Part shown: one piece after another, positions 13,669 to 24,372 of the stretch
How positions within the stretch are numbered: the stretch's first letter is position 1
Layout: every line of letters begins with the position of its first letter
Assembly: GCA_951406725.2 (NCBI GenBank)
Contig: OX597815.1
Span: 131,564,001-131,628,000, forward strand
From: Octopus vulgaris
Taxonomy: Eukaryota
Length of the DNA: 64,000 bases
Reading direction: 5' to 3'
The notes under the pieces: model-generated
The model's database searches: none
Seen by the model: the letters and a program-made list of their open reading frames with translations, nothing else
What the model was told of the DNA's origin: nothing
Program-made: the position numbers and the translations under genes

Positions 13669-14344
13669 TGCAAGGTAGCCAAATTATTGCAAAGGAAAGT
13701 AACCTGAAATGTACAGTCGATATCGGAATCGCCGTTAATATTATTATATATATGTATCTAGTAAGAAAGTCTCCGAATAAACTGAAGGAAATTTAAATAT
13801 AAAATTCCTACTATTTGTTGTCCAATACACATACACAGCTGCACACACACGCAAACACACACGTGTACGCATACACACACGCATACGCACACACACACGC
13901 ATATGTACATTTATACGCACACATCACACATGATACACAAACTAAATTATGCTCCTTTACTTTTTACTCATTTAACATTTCCAGCTCGCGGGCCGTGGCC
14001 ATGCTGAGGCACCACCAGCCGGTTTTGCTACACTTTCATTAATCGACATTAATATTTGGCGTTTGGTGAATGAGAGAATTGATGATGCAGCCCTAATACC
14101 TGCTTCCTGCGTTGAAATAGGCTTATCTGTAACACTTGACAGTAGGAGACCAAGTTTAGTTTTGAAGACGACTGCATCCACCTCATGAAGGTGTCTCTGT
14201 ATTTTTGAGAAGATACTGAAGAGCTGTGCGCTCTTAAATCCAAAGCTATTGCAGTATTTAGTCCTATATATTAACGGCAAGTGTAAGAATTTAGGCATTA
14301 TAGGATGGCATCCTGTTCTGGTGTGAATGTAACTTTCAATGCAA

Positions 14345-14560
14345 GGCGGCGAGCTGGCAGAAACGTTATCACGTTGCGTGAAATGCTTAGCAGTATTTCG
14401 TCTGTCTTTTCCTTCTGTCTTCAAATTCCGCTGAGGTCGACTTTGCTTTTTATCCTTTCGGGGTCGATAAATTAAGTACTAGTTGCGCACTGGGGTCGAT
14501 CTAATCGACTGGCTCCCTACCCCAAAATTTCGGGCCTTGTACGTAGTGTAGAAAAGAATA
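14345..14560 (+). mobile_element. SINE family B, monomeric
   Basis: ggcggcgagctggcagaaacg...ggggtcgatctaatcgactgg...gtagaaaagaat; lacks the linker. Confidence 0.82.
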
Positions 14561-15082
14561 ACTTACAGCACCAGCGTTTGGGACAAGTCCTTCCTGCATC
14601 TTTCAGATGTGTATTACAGTATATTTTTCCTGCCATCATTCAAGGGAGTAAAGACTGAGCCTTTTGAGTCTTTTACAGAAACTAATTCGCTGCATTGAGT
14701 TTGTCTTTTTTTGTGTAGCTTTTATGGACTGCTTCGAGTCGTGTTATTAATTTTACACTGTTGTGTCTTTAAACTGGGACCCATAGTCAAGAGAGATTTG
14801 GAAATATGTCCTCCAGAGGACCATTATTTTCTTCCTGCTGCATTCTTCTGAAAGTACCAAGAATCTATCAGGTCAGCCGCCTGCATCTCATTGCTAACTT
14901 ACTAATATGAACATAGGAGAATATATCAGGAGTCATATCAATTGCCATGTTTTACACTGATTATCAGTCTGGAACTGCAAATCTTCCAGTGTAGTTCGTT
15001 AGCATTGTATTTTACTTTGTCTGCTGATATTGTAAGTCTTGGGACCTTTCAATATTTAACTTGGGACCTTCCAGTGTTTAAC

Positions 15083-15741
15083 TGCGGTCAACACGCACAG
15101 AGGTTTATATACATACAATAGACAACCTTTTGGACTGAAAGAAGCACCTGCAAAATTTCCACAGGTGATGGACGCGATGTTAGCAATCTAACAATTCCTT
15201 AACTTGACGACGTGTTAATCAAAAGCGAATTGCGGAATGAGCATATCGAACACGTGCGGTGTGTCTTAAAAACATTTTTAATTATGGTTTCATGCTTATT
15301 GAAGAGAAGTGTGAATTTTCTTTGCCTAAACTCAAATACCTTGGTCATATAATTGACAGGAATGGAAGACGTCCTGACCCATCGAGGGCAGACGCAATCA
15401 AGAATATTTCTCCTCCAATGAATATACCGACATTACAAGCTTTCCTTGGCCTAGTAAATTACTATCAACAGTACATTCCAAATACACATAAACTAAGAGC
15501 ACCATTAAACGGTTTATTAAAAAAAAACAGAAGTAAAATTCCATTGGTCAGTAAAGTGCCAAAACGCATTTGAAAACATAAAGAAATTGCTAATTTCTGA
15601 CTTGTCACTAACGCATTTCAATCCTAGAAGGGACATTGCTGTAGCGTCTGATGCTTCGGTCTATGGAATAGTAGCAATCTTGCTACACAAGTATAAATAT
15701 GGGTATATGAAGCCAGTAGCTCCTGCTTCACGTTCACTGAT
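15083..15741 (+). pseudogene. Ty3/Gypsy LTR-retrotransposon pol fragment (RT-RNaseH)
   Basis: NTHRGLY, PFGLKEAP, LDDVLI, KCEF...KYLGHII, FLGLVNYYQQYIP, ASDASVYG, PVAPASRSL; frameshifted. Confidence 0.9.
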
Positions 15742-16092
15742 AACCACATCACCCCTAACATCTGGCCTCCTAGCTCCTTTCACTGCAACGCCCTTGATTA
15801 TTATGTGTGGGGTGCAGTTGAGCGAGAGACCAACAAACTAAAGATGAACCGAAGGCAAGGATTATGGCAGAATTCCCCAACTTAAATATGGATACTGTCC
15901 AGAAGAGATGCAAGAGATTCCGAAGTCGTCTGGCGACCGTGGTTGAAGCCAATGGCGATTTTATTGAATAAAGTTACTCTTTAGTATTTCAAGATATTTT
16001 TCTGAAATTTTGGTAAATATATCTGTTAAAAAGCGACATTAGTATTATTTTCATTTTTGCGTAATTTAGACGCATATATTCACCGCACCCTG
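15742..16092 (+). mobile_element. 3' half of a maT-like transposon, same family as 1555-2333
   Basis: cctaacatctggcctcctagc...gagcgagagaccaacaaa...ccgtggttgaagccaatggcgat matches 1685-1900 in reverse; ends in TIR gcaccctg + TA. Confidence 0.8.
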
Positions 16093-16186
16093 TATATATA
16101 CATACACATACACTCATATATGTACTTATATATACGTGTATGCTTTTATACGCATATTTGTATATGTACGTATATTTATAAAGATA

Positions 16187-16252
<66 letters not shown>

Positions 16253-16357
16253 CGGATGAAATACATTAGAACTGCTTATTCTCTACCATTCGATGCAGTC
16301 AGCCAGAATTTGGATTATATTACAGGGGTTGAAGTATACATGCCTGGATCTATTATT

Positions 16358-16479
<122 letters not shown>

Positions 16480-16523
16480 TGTGTGTGTGTGTATACAAGA
16501 GTTACGGAATGGACAGTTAAGGT

Positions 16524-16611
16524 CCGACTACATATGTTTCATAGCAAGCGGAACTTCCAGAGTGGTAAATATCCAGGCGAGGTTTATACTACAGGCTACT
16601 CTTCAGGCCAA
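16524..16611 (-). ncRNA. Type I hammerhead ribozyme with extended stem II; core intact
   Basis: Minus strand: ttggc-CTGAAGA-gtagc-[~50 nt]-gctat-GAAAC-atat-GTA-gtcgg; palindromic stem III ACATATGT, GUA triplet. Confidence 0.7.
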
Positions 16612-17356
16612 GGGTATCTTGATTAAATGAAAGTTTACATTACCGTATGGAGGTACATGTTAACGCAAGGAAGTTTCAGTTATAATGTGTTGAAATCACA
16701 TTAGGAGAGTAGAATGTTAATGTAGAGGTGAATAAGTATTAAAAGAAGGAAACAAGAAGAAAATATAAAGTAGTGAAAAGAACGAAGTATTTAAGCACGG
16801 TCATTTGACCGGTAGTATTCAATGGGGCAATTATAACTGAATCACAGAAATTAGCAAGGAGAGTGGTATTTGAATAAAAGATAATATGGATGGATGAGAG
16901 TGGGGAAATGTTTTTGATTAAGGGGGAGAAAAACTATTTATGCATGAATAAAGCAAAAAAGAATGGAGAGGAATCGTGGCGGAATGTATATTGTGTGCTG
17001 CTAGTGTGTTTACAGTATGAAGTAGTAGATACGTATGTTGGCGTTTGTACTGGTATGTTTACAAAGGGAGGGGTATGAGGGGGGAGATGGGTGAAATAAG
17101 AGAAAAATATTTTTTTTTAGAAGGTAAGGAAAAATTAAGATAAGCATATAAATGACAATAAGGAATTAAAGGGAAGATATACTATTGGTTAATATATAGC
17201 GTTAGTGAGGGTAGATAAGAAGAAAACTTATGAAGGTTTGGGGGGGGGCGGGAGAAGTTGTTATTTGTATTTTGATAATAGATTTAGTGACCAAGGTTTA
17301 CAGGTAAAAATTTTACTACTGCGTTCATTAAGACAATCCGTATGTATGTATGTATG

Positions 17357-17387
<31 letters not shown>

Positions 17388-18008
17388 GTATGTATGTATG
17401 TAAGTATGTTTGTATGTAAGTATATATGTATGTAAGTATGTATGTATGTAAGTATGTATGTAAGTATCTATGTATGTGAGTTTGTGTGTATTTTACTGAG
17501 GGTAAATTTTACTTTGCAATATTTACTTCCAGGTAATGTCTGCTACCTTGCTGTGCATTGCATTCGTCATTTAGTGTCTCCATGCAAAGACAAACATTGA
17601 TAACTATTTCAAGGTTTTTGCTTGGAAACATTTGCATTGAAATAAAAAGCAAGAGAAAATAGTACACAATGTTGTGCATATGCATTTATAGTAATTCATT
17701 TGTTATCTTATTCATATAACAGAAAACAAGTTGAAATAGTTTACAGTTGTAGCAATGTTCTTAATATCTTTTTTCACCCATTGCATTTTCAATACTAAGT
17801 GACTAAAAGTATTATGCATTCACTGGAATTTATTATTAATTTTCATTTTAAAGTATCAGCGGAATATGTATAATGTCAGATAATATCTAATATATATCAT
17901 TTAAACATGGGATTTAAAATCGAGGGCATAATGTTTAGGAAGCTTGAGACAAATAGTTTCTGTTGTATTTTGGTAACGACTTAGTACTGAAATACACGTC
18001 TATATGTA

Positions 18009-18049
<41 letters not shown>

Positions 18050-19116
18050 TAGACAAATCAAGGAGAAAAATAAGCGATTCAGTGATGTAAAATATGGCTG
18101 AGCATATATAAATAGCGTTATACACTTTCAAGTATTGACACTCCGCTGATTTACAAAGACAGAATTACAGACAATTGGATGTACTTAAGATTTTTCAAAG
18201 TAAAATATCAATAGTTAAAGAAGTATATCATTTTAATAAATATGCGGCATATGCGATTCACAAGGCAATTTACGGAACAGGAAAACGATACACATAATAA
18301 ATGTAGTTATGATTCGTCCTTCATGAGTTCTCGACCAAATATCGTCCCGATTTCGATATAGTCCGATAAAATGATTTAATTTGTTGGTGTCAGCAGCTTA
18401 AATTGCTGATTTATAACGAAACGGAATGATAGGCGAACAAGAACAGGTAAAATATTACAAGTACAATGATAATAAAACACGCGGTCACTAGGTCGAAGTG
18501 TAGCAATAAAGAGATATGAGAAGAACGGAAAGTAACAAATAAAATAAAAAACATGCAAGGGCAGTAACAAAAGATAATAAATAGTACAAAGTGATAATCG
18601 TATAAATAGAATGTCTTTGGAATGTGCAAAGGGACGTGGTGTGTGAAGTAACGCTAATAATTATTTCAATGTTTAGACAAGAAACGGGATCTGGAACGGA
18701 ATTCAAAAGTTTGAGCATTTTAAGGCCGTGGAAAAAAAGGTTAACTGGTCACGAGAACGATCCGTACAAGGAAGATATTCCTGTGATAAATATATATTCC
18801 GTATGGAAAGGGTTCGAATCGGTGTTATATATATTACTATTTTCAACATCCCATTAATATACTATTACAGTGATTACATAGCTTAATTAGCAAATAATGT
18901 TGTACAACTGTTGTTAATTAGAATAATGTCAGGGGAAGAGTAATTATGATTGTTTCATTAGTAAGTTACAAATGCAAAATTTTCAGTAACGTCTAATTAG
19001 TTACGCGAGCAATCAACTACACTTTTAATTAACAAAAATGCACGTTTGCGAGTAAACGCGCTCGCGGGCGTGCGCACACACACATACAAACACGCACACG
19101 CACACACACACACACA

Positions 19117-19250
19117 CGCTTAGCGGTATTTCATCCATTCTTACGTTCTGAGTCCAAATTCCACCGAGGCCGACCTTGCATTAACTCATTCAGGGTCGAT
19201 ATAATAAGTACCAGTTGAGTACTGGAGTCAATGTAATCGACTTAGCCACT
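19117..19250 (+). mobile_element. SINE family B fragment
   Basis: gcttagcggtatttc...gttctgagtccaaattcc...aagtaccagttgagtactgg. Confidence 0.7.
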
Positions 19251-19433
19251 CCTAAGTATGAGTATAAAAACTGCACCTCTCTGTCAAGCCATGTCGAGCC
19301 AGTGTGGTAGAGAACGTCCATAAAACCAGTATTATATTAAGCTCAGATTCAGAGCCTCCATATTAGACTGTGTTTGTTGGTGAAAACATACTGAGGCCTT
19401 AGTCTTGCTGTGGACTGAACATAAGCAATCCAA

Positions 19434-19523
<90 letters not shown>

Positions 19524-19543
19524 AAATGATGTGTTATGATACA

Positions 19544-19858
19544 TGAACTTGTTAAACTTTTTTGTGTTCTAAACATGCTCTTGTCACCAAAGAATGTATA
19601 TATATGTATTATAATACTCTGTGTCAACCAATATTCTGTGTGTGTTTGAATATACAGATACAATACCAATATCCCACTGAACTTTTTAATAATTCCTTCT
19701 GGAAACTATCTTTAACATGTTCTTGAGAATGTATATTTATGTTGTAATCTTTTGTGCCCAATATTTAAGGAACTTGTTAAACTCTTTTGTCCTTAACATG
19801 TCCTTGTTACCAAAGACTGTATATATGTAATGTAGCATTTTGTAACAACCAATAATTA
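19544..19858 (+). repeat. Three diverged ~100-130 bp tandem units
   Basis: gaacttgttaaact...aacatg...aagaatgtatat...ccaatatt recurs near 19544, 19679 and 19770. Confidence 0.65.
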
Positions 19859-19963
19859 AGGCAAGCAAACTACTACATGTTACTTTTGACAATCTTTTTC
19901 CAAAGAGTGAAACCGGTAAAGTAAATAAACATCTTTTAAAATTGCATTTTCAAACGTTCTTTC

Positions 19964-20065
<102 letters not shown>

Positions 20066-20066
20066 G

Positions 20067-20130
<64 letters not shown>

Positions 20131-20134
20131 AACC

Positions 20135-20331
20135 CTGTAAATGTGCATAGACAGCAAATAAATCATCCTCGCTTAGATGCATACCATGCAGCAACCACTT
20201 AGACACCTGTGCATAAGGAAAATTCACAAAGTTCCCTCTTTTATAAAATAAATGACAAAAACAACCTACTTCGACAGGCAAAAGATGAATATTTTATAAG
20301 GTTTTTGAATCCGAAACTAAACGGGAAATAA
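20135..20331 (+). pseudogene. C-terminal GIY-YIG remnant of a second, divergent PLE
   Basis: Across frames: [25 protein letters not shown]...[21 protein letters not shown], homologous to HRQQIRDP..IPLSNHLATC...NFIDKFEPKLNKQ* of the main ORF. Confidence 0.8.
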
Positions 20332-20381
20332 TCTACAATTTTACCTAAAACAACTTCCGCTATATGCAGTAGCCATAACAC

Positions 20382-20881
20382 ATGCTTGATAACGCTGAGA
20401 ACACCCGTTTCACCACGAATCGAAGACGAACTACGGTAAGAACTCTTCCCATTTTGTATGCAAACACCCTAATGCACACAACATGAACAAAAAGCACTAA
20501 CAAAATAGATATTGTTTTGAACAGACCATTAGCAGTAGAAATAACAGGAGATCATTTTCAAGACCTCAACAGAGATTACCCACAAGAAACTGGACAAAAA
20601 ACCGATCTAGATCTAGAAGTAAACCCAGATCATTTCTCCAGGTGGTTAAAAACAATGCTAACAAGAAATTGAAAAGTAGCATACATAATACCAAAAACAA
20701 GACAGAAAACATAACGAAACCAAGTAAAGTACCACAACCAAAACGCAAAATTCATCAAGCAAACATCAACAGGAATATAAATCATAACCAGAAAAAAATC
20801 CATTTTTTTACGTCAGGACAACAAACACCGGAGAAAGAAAAAATCCAAGAGGAAACATACCCCAAACAACTGAACGTATAG
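20382..20881 (+). CDS. Predicted spliced basic ORF1 of the PLE (exon 20382-20435, intron 20436-20524, exon 20525-20881)
   Basis: ATG at 20382; donor acg|GTAAGA, branch-like CACTAAC, acceptor ttttgaaCAG; phase-0 join gives MLDNAENTRFTTNRRRTT|TISSRNNRRSFSRPQQRLPTRNWTKNRSRSRSKPRS... Confidence 0.55.
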
Positions 20882-23115
20882 ATCCTAAAATAATTAATTT
20901 ATCAAAAAGAGATCTTGACAATGATGAAATCCAACTTCTGTCAAAAGGACTGAAATTCACACCTACACCAACAGCCAACCACCAAGAATTAAAGGAGGAT
21001 ATCCAAAAATTCTGTCGAAAATTACGACTTGTAGAATTCTTCGCTAACAAAAGTAATGAGATTGATGAATCCCTAGTAAGGAATAAATCAAATTTCACCC
21101 CACCAAAAGGAATAAATAACTACCTTGACCAATACATTGATATCCTGTCTAAATTTCCCCTTAGACGCAATACCAATGTTAGGCCAAACATTAGCAAATC
21201 AGAGATGTCTGCATGTAAACGTATACAAAACGATCAAACAATAATAATTAAACAAGCAGATAAAGGTGGTGTAATTGTTATTATGGATACCGAATACTAT
21301 AAGGATTTGGTTGAAGACCAACTGAAGGATACAACCTTCTATTGTGAAATACCCGCAAATATAGACCACCACATCATGAAAAAGATCAACAACCTGATTT
21401 CAACACACCACAACTCACTTACGGATAATGAAAAAGACTACATCACCAATTTTGAACCAAAACCCAGCAACTTCTACGGCTTACCAAAAATACACAAATC
21501 AAAAAACATTCAACAGGCAGTAAAAGAACAAGAAAGTGAGTACATAAAATTATTACATCCAAAAGACCTAAAACTTAGACCTATTATAGCTGGTCCAGCA
21601 TGCCCTACACACCGTCTAAGCAATTTTATTGACATTGTTTTGAAACCACTATGTACTTACATACCAAGTTTCATCAGGGATGACATCGACTTCCTGTCCC
21701 ATCTTCCCAAAACAACAGAAACAAATTCAGTTTTACTAAGTTTTGATGTGGTAAGCCTCTACACCAATATTCCACACGATTTAGGAATAAAGGCGATTAA
21801 ATACTGGTTAGAAAAACATAGAGAAGTGATTCCCAGCAGATTCACAGTGCCATTTATATTAGACACAGTCAAACTTATTCTAGAAAATAACACATTCTTC
21901 TTCAATGGAAATAATTACATCCAAATTAGAGGCACGGCGATGGGAACGAGGTTTGCTCCCGTTTACGCCAACTCTGTAATGGGATACTTAGAAGAACAAC
22001 TCTACCAAGAGGTGGAGGTAAACTATGGCACTGGATTTAGAAAGTATATTGAAAAGGCATGGAAGAGATACCTAGACGACTGTTTCATAATCTGGACAGA
22101 ATCTCTAAATACTCTGGAAGAGTTCAATATCCTCCTGAACAACCTACACCCATCTCTCAAATTTACAAAGGAGATGAGTAGTACCAAATTACCATTCCTG
22201 GATATAATGGTAATTAAAAAAGACACCACCATCACCACAGATATATACTATAAACACACAGACACACATCAATACCTAAATTTTAAGTCGTGCCATCCAC
22301 CACATACAAAACGTAACATCCCATACTGCCTAGCCAGAAGAATTTGTACTATTGTAGAAGATGCAAATATCAGGAACAAACGCCTAATAGAACTAAGAGA
22401 ATTTTTGCTCAAACAAAAATACCCATCTCTACTTATAGAAAATGGCATACAGCGGGCTATAAAAATACCTATACAACAACTTAGGACAACCCAAGGAAGA
22501 GGAAAACAAGAACAAGTCATACCATTCATAGTGACACACAACCCATGTCACCAGAATATCTTCAACATTGCCAAAGCAAACCTACCAATCATTGCCCAAA
22601 GTGATGAATTAAAAGACATAATCAAGGATCGAGCTATGGTGCTTAGTAAAAGACAGCCTAAAAACTTGAAAACATTACTAACAAAGGCAAAATTTGACCT
22701 CAGCAACAAAGACCAAACATTCACGGTATCTAAATGCAATGATAGCCGATGTGGCACATGCCAATTCATACATACCGGTCAATATATAAACACAAAAACC
22801 GGGAAAATATTCACAAACGCGAATATGAACTGCAAAAGCAGAAATTTAATTTACTGCATCAAATGCCCAAATTGTGAAGAAATATATGTAGGTCAGACGG
22901 GAAACGCACTATTAGAACGCTCACGTGTACACCGGCAACAGATTAGAGACCCAGAGGTCCGTCAGATACCTTTGAGTAACCACCTAGCAACATGTGGTCG
23001 GAAAATATATATAATATTTCCATTCTACAAATTACACAGCCCAAGTGAAATCGAGAGGAAAATCAGAGAAAAGAATTTTATTGATAAATTCGAACCCAAG
23101 CTAAATAAGCAATAA
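20788..23115 (+). CDS. PLE reverse transcriptase + GIY-YIG endonuclease (frame open from 20788; first ATG 21205)
   Basis: IINLS..LLSKGLKFTP upstream of the ATG; ADKG, FYGLPKIHK, RPII, FDVVSLYTNIP, GTAMG, RYLDD, LPFLD, SCHP; CNDSRCGTC linker; LIYCIKCPNCEEIYVGQT; no stops. Confidence 0.95.
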   Translation, partial: PEKNPFFYVRTTNTGERKNPRGNIPQTTERIDPKIINLSKRDLDNDEIQLLSKGLKFTPTPTANHQELKEDIQKFCRKLRLVEFFANKSNEIDESLVRNKSNFTPPKGINNYLDQYIDILSKFPLRRNTNVRPNISKSEMSACKRIQNDQTIIIKQADKGGVIVIMDTEYYKDLVEDQLKDTTFYCEIPANIDHHIMKKINNLISTHHNSLTDNEKDYITNFEPKPSNFYGLPKIHKSKNIQQAVKEQESEYIKLLHPKDLKLRPIIAGPACPTHRLSNFIDIVLKPLCTYIPSFIRDDIDFLSHLPKTTETNSVLLSFDVVSLYTNIPHDLGIKAIKYWLEKHREVIPSRFTVPFILDTVKLILENNTFFFNGNNYIQIRGTAMGTRFAPVYANSVMGYLEEQLYQEVEVNYGTGFRKYIEKAWKRYLDDCFIIWTESLNTLEEFNILLNNLHPSLKFTKEMSSTKLPFLDIMVIKKDTTITTDIYYKHTDTHQYLNFKSCHPPHTKRNIPYCLARRICTIVEDANIRNKRLIELREFLLKQKYPSLLIENGIQRAIKIPIQQLRTTQGRGKQEQVIPFIVTHNPCHQNIFNIAKANLPIIAQSDELKDIIKDRAMVLSKRQPKNLKTLLTKAKFDLSNKDQTFTVSKCNDSRCGTCQFIHTGQYINTKTGKIFTNANMNCKSRNLIYCIKCPNCEEIYVGQTGNALLERSRVHRQQIRDPEVRQIPLSNHLATCGRKIYIIFPFYKLHSPSEIERKIREKNFIDKFEPKLNKQ

Positions 23116-23596
23116 TAATAATACTTAGAGGTATTACTTCCACTGCTACGACCATGACCACTAACAACAACAACAATACTAAAGGTGATCAAGACGAAGA
23201 TAGCAGGAAAATTATCTTATTTAGGGTTAAAAGTTCTATTGCCACCACCATCACCACTAGCAACAATAATTAAGGTGCTGACAATGATGATGATGACAAT
23301 TGAAATATAAAAATATAAAAATCTCTGACAAAGGATATTTACAACATTTCTAAAAATAACCCAACAATTGCTGCTTCGGCCAGGGTCAAGATACAGGACT
23401 CTTGACCTGTCCAACAAAGCGTGATGCCTATCATATATATATATATATACACACTGATATATATATATATATATATATATATTGTGAAGCATGACTGTCA
23501 ACACTACTACATGAACCCGAAGATTGCAGAATTCAATGCATGAAAGTACTAGCTACAATTTGCAAAAAAAACAAACAAAACAAAAATCACACACAC

Positions 23597-23649
<53 letters not shown>

Positions 23650-23711
23650 TGAAGACGGGTGTGTGAACAACAAACAGATGTATTAGTTTAACGCTCGGGA
23701 AGTGAGAAAGT

Positions 23712-23749
23712 CTTTTATGTTTCGAGCCTACACGCTCATCATCAGAAAG
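23712..23749 (-). ncRNA. Minimal type I hammerhead-like motif, probably mutated
   Basis: cttt-CTGATGA-t-gagc-gtgtag-gctc-GAAAC-ATA-aaag; stems I and II pair, but ATA replaces the GTA needed to pair in stem III. Confidence 0.6.
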
Positions 23750-23777
23750 GGATATAGAAATAAACAGACAGAGAGAA

Positions 23778-23871
<94 letters not shown>

Positions 23872-24319
23872 ATATAACTGAAGGGTGCAAAAATGCACCG
23901 GCAATTACTAAAAATGTATCAAAATTTAACTCTGAAGATCACAAAAAACGCTGATCTCATTATATTTAGGGGAAGCGGGTACACTAAGCTAACCGATCTT
24001 CCTCTTGCGAGAAAAAAACTCACAAAAAGAAATAGTTGGACAGATCCTTATCAAGTAATTTCGAAATCTAATCACTATTGTCTTATTTCTCGTCAGAGAC
24101 ATCCAACAACTACACAATTCCTTTTTGGTTTTTAATTGCTAGCGAGCAACATACAGTATAATGTGTTTAATATATCTTAATATATTAATATATCATTGTA
24201 GTATCTTGTTGCATTGATAATGTACACTTTAACTGTTTGAAGTTTGGCGCTTGCCTATGAACGGTTTTTTCTTCTCATGAAGGCGAGCTATCTCTTTAAC
24301 CCTGAACACTAGGTGGATA

Positions 24320-24372
24320 CTTCTGACGAGAAACAGGACCTACTGGTTGAATTTCGATATCACGTGATAAAG
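24320..24372 (+). ncRNA. Type I hammerhead-like motif with one core substitution
   Basis: ctt-CTGACGA-gaaa-[18 nt]-tttc-GATA-tcacgtga-TA-aag; three stems pair, palindromic stem III, GAAA changed to GATA. Confidence 0.6.

Larger units (their letters stand above)
20127..23432 (+). mobile_element. Penelope-like retroelement (Cys-rich linker, Neptune-like), bounded by (TA)n on both sides
   Basis: Contains the RT + GIY-YIG ORF, an upstream basic ORF and a 5' remnant of another PLE 3' end. Confidence 0.93.

Noticed and set aside
13972-14340. 150-aa minus-strand ORF
   Set aside because: Starts inside an antisense SINE; the rest only vaguely resembles a PLE C-terminal region
23325-23360. CTGACAA...AAAA as the intact PLE's hammerhead
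   Set aside because: Needs two core changes and has no stem III
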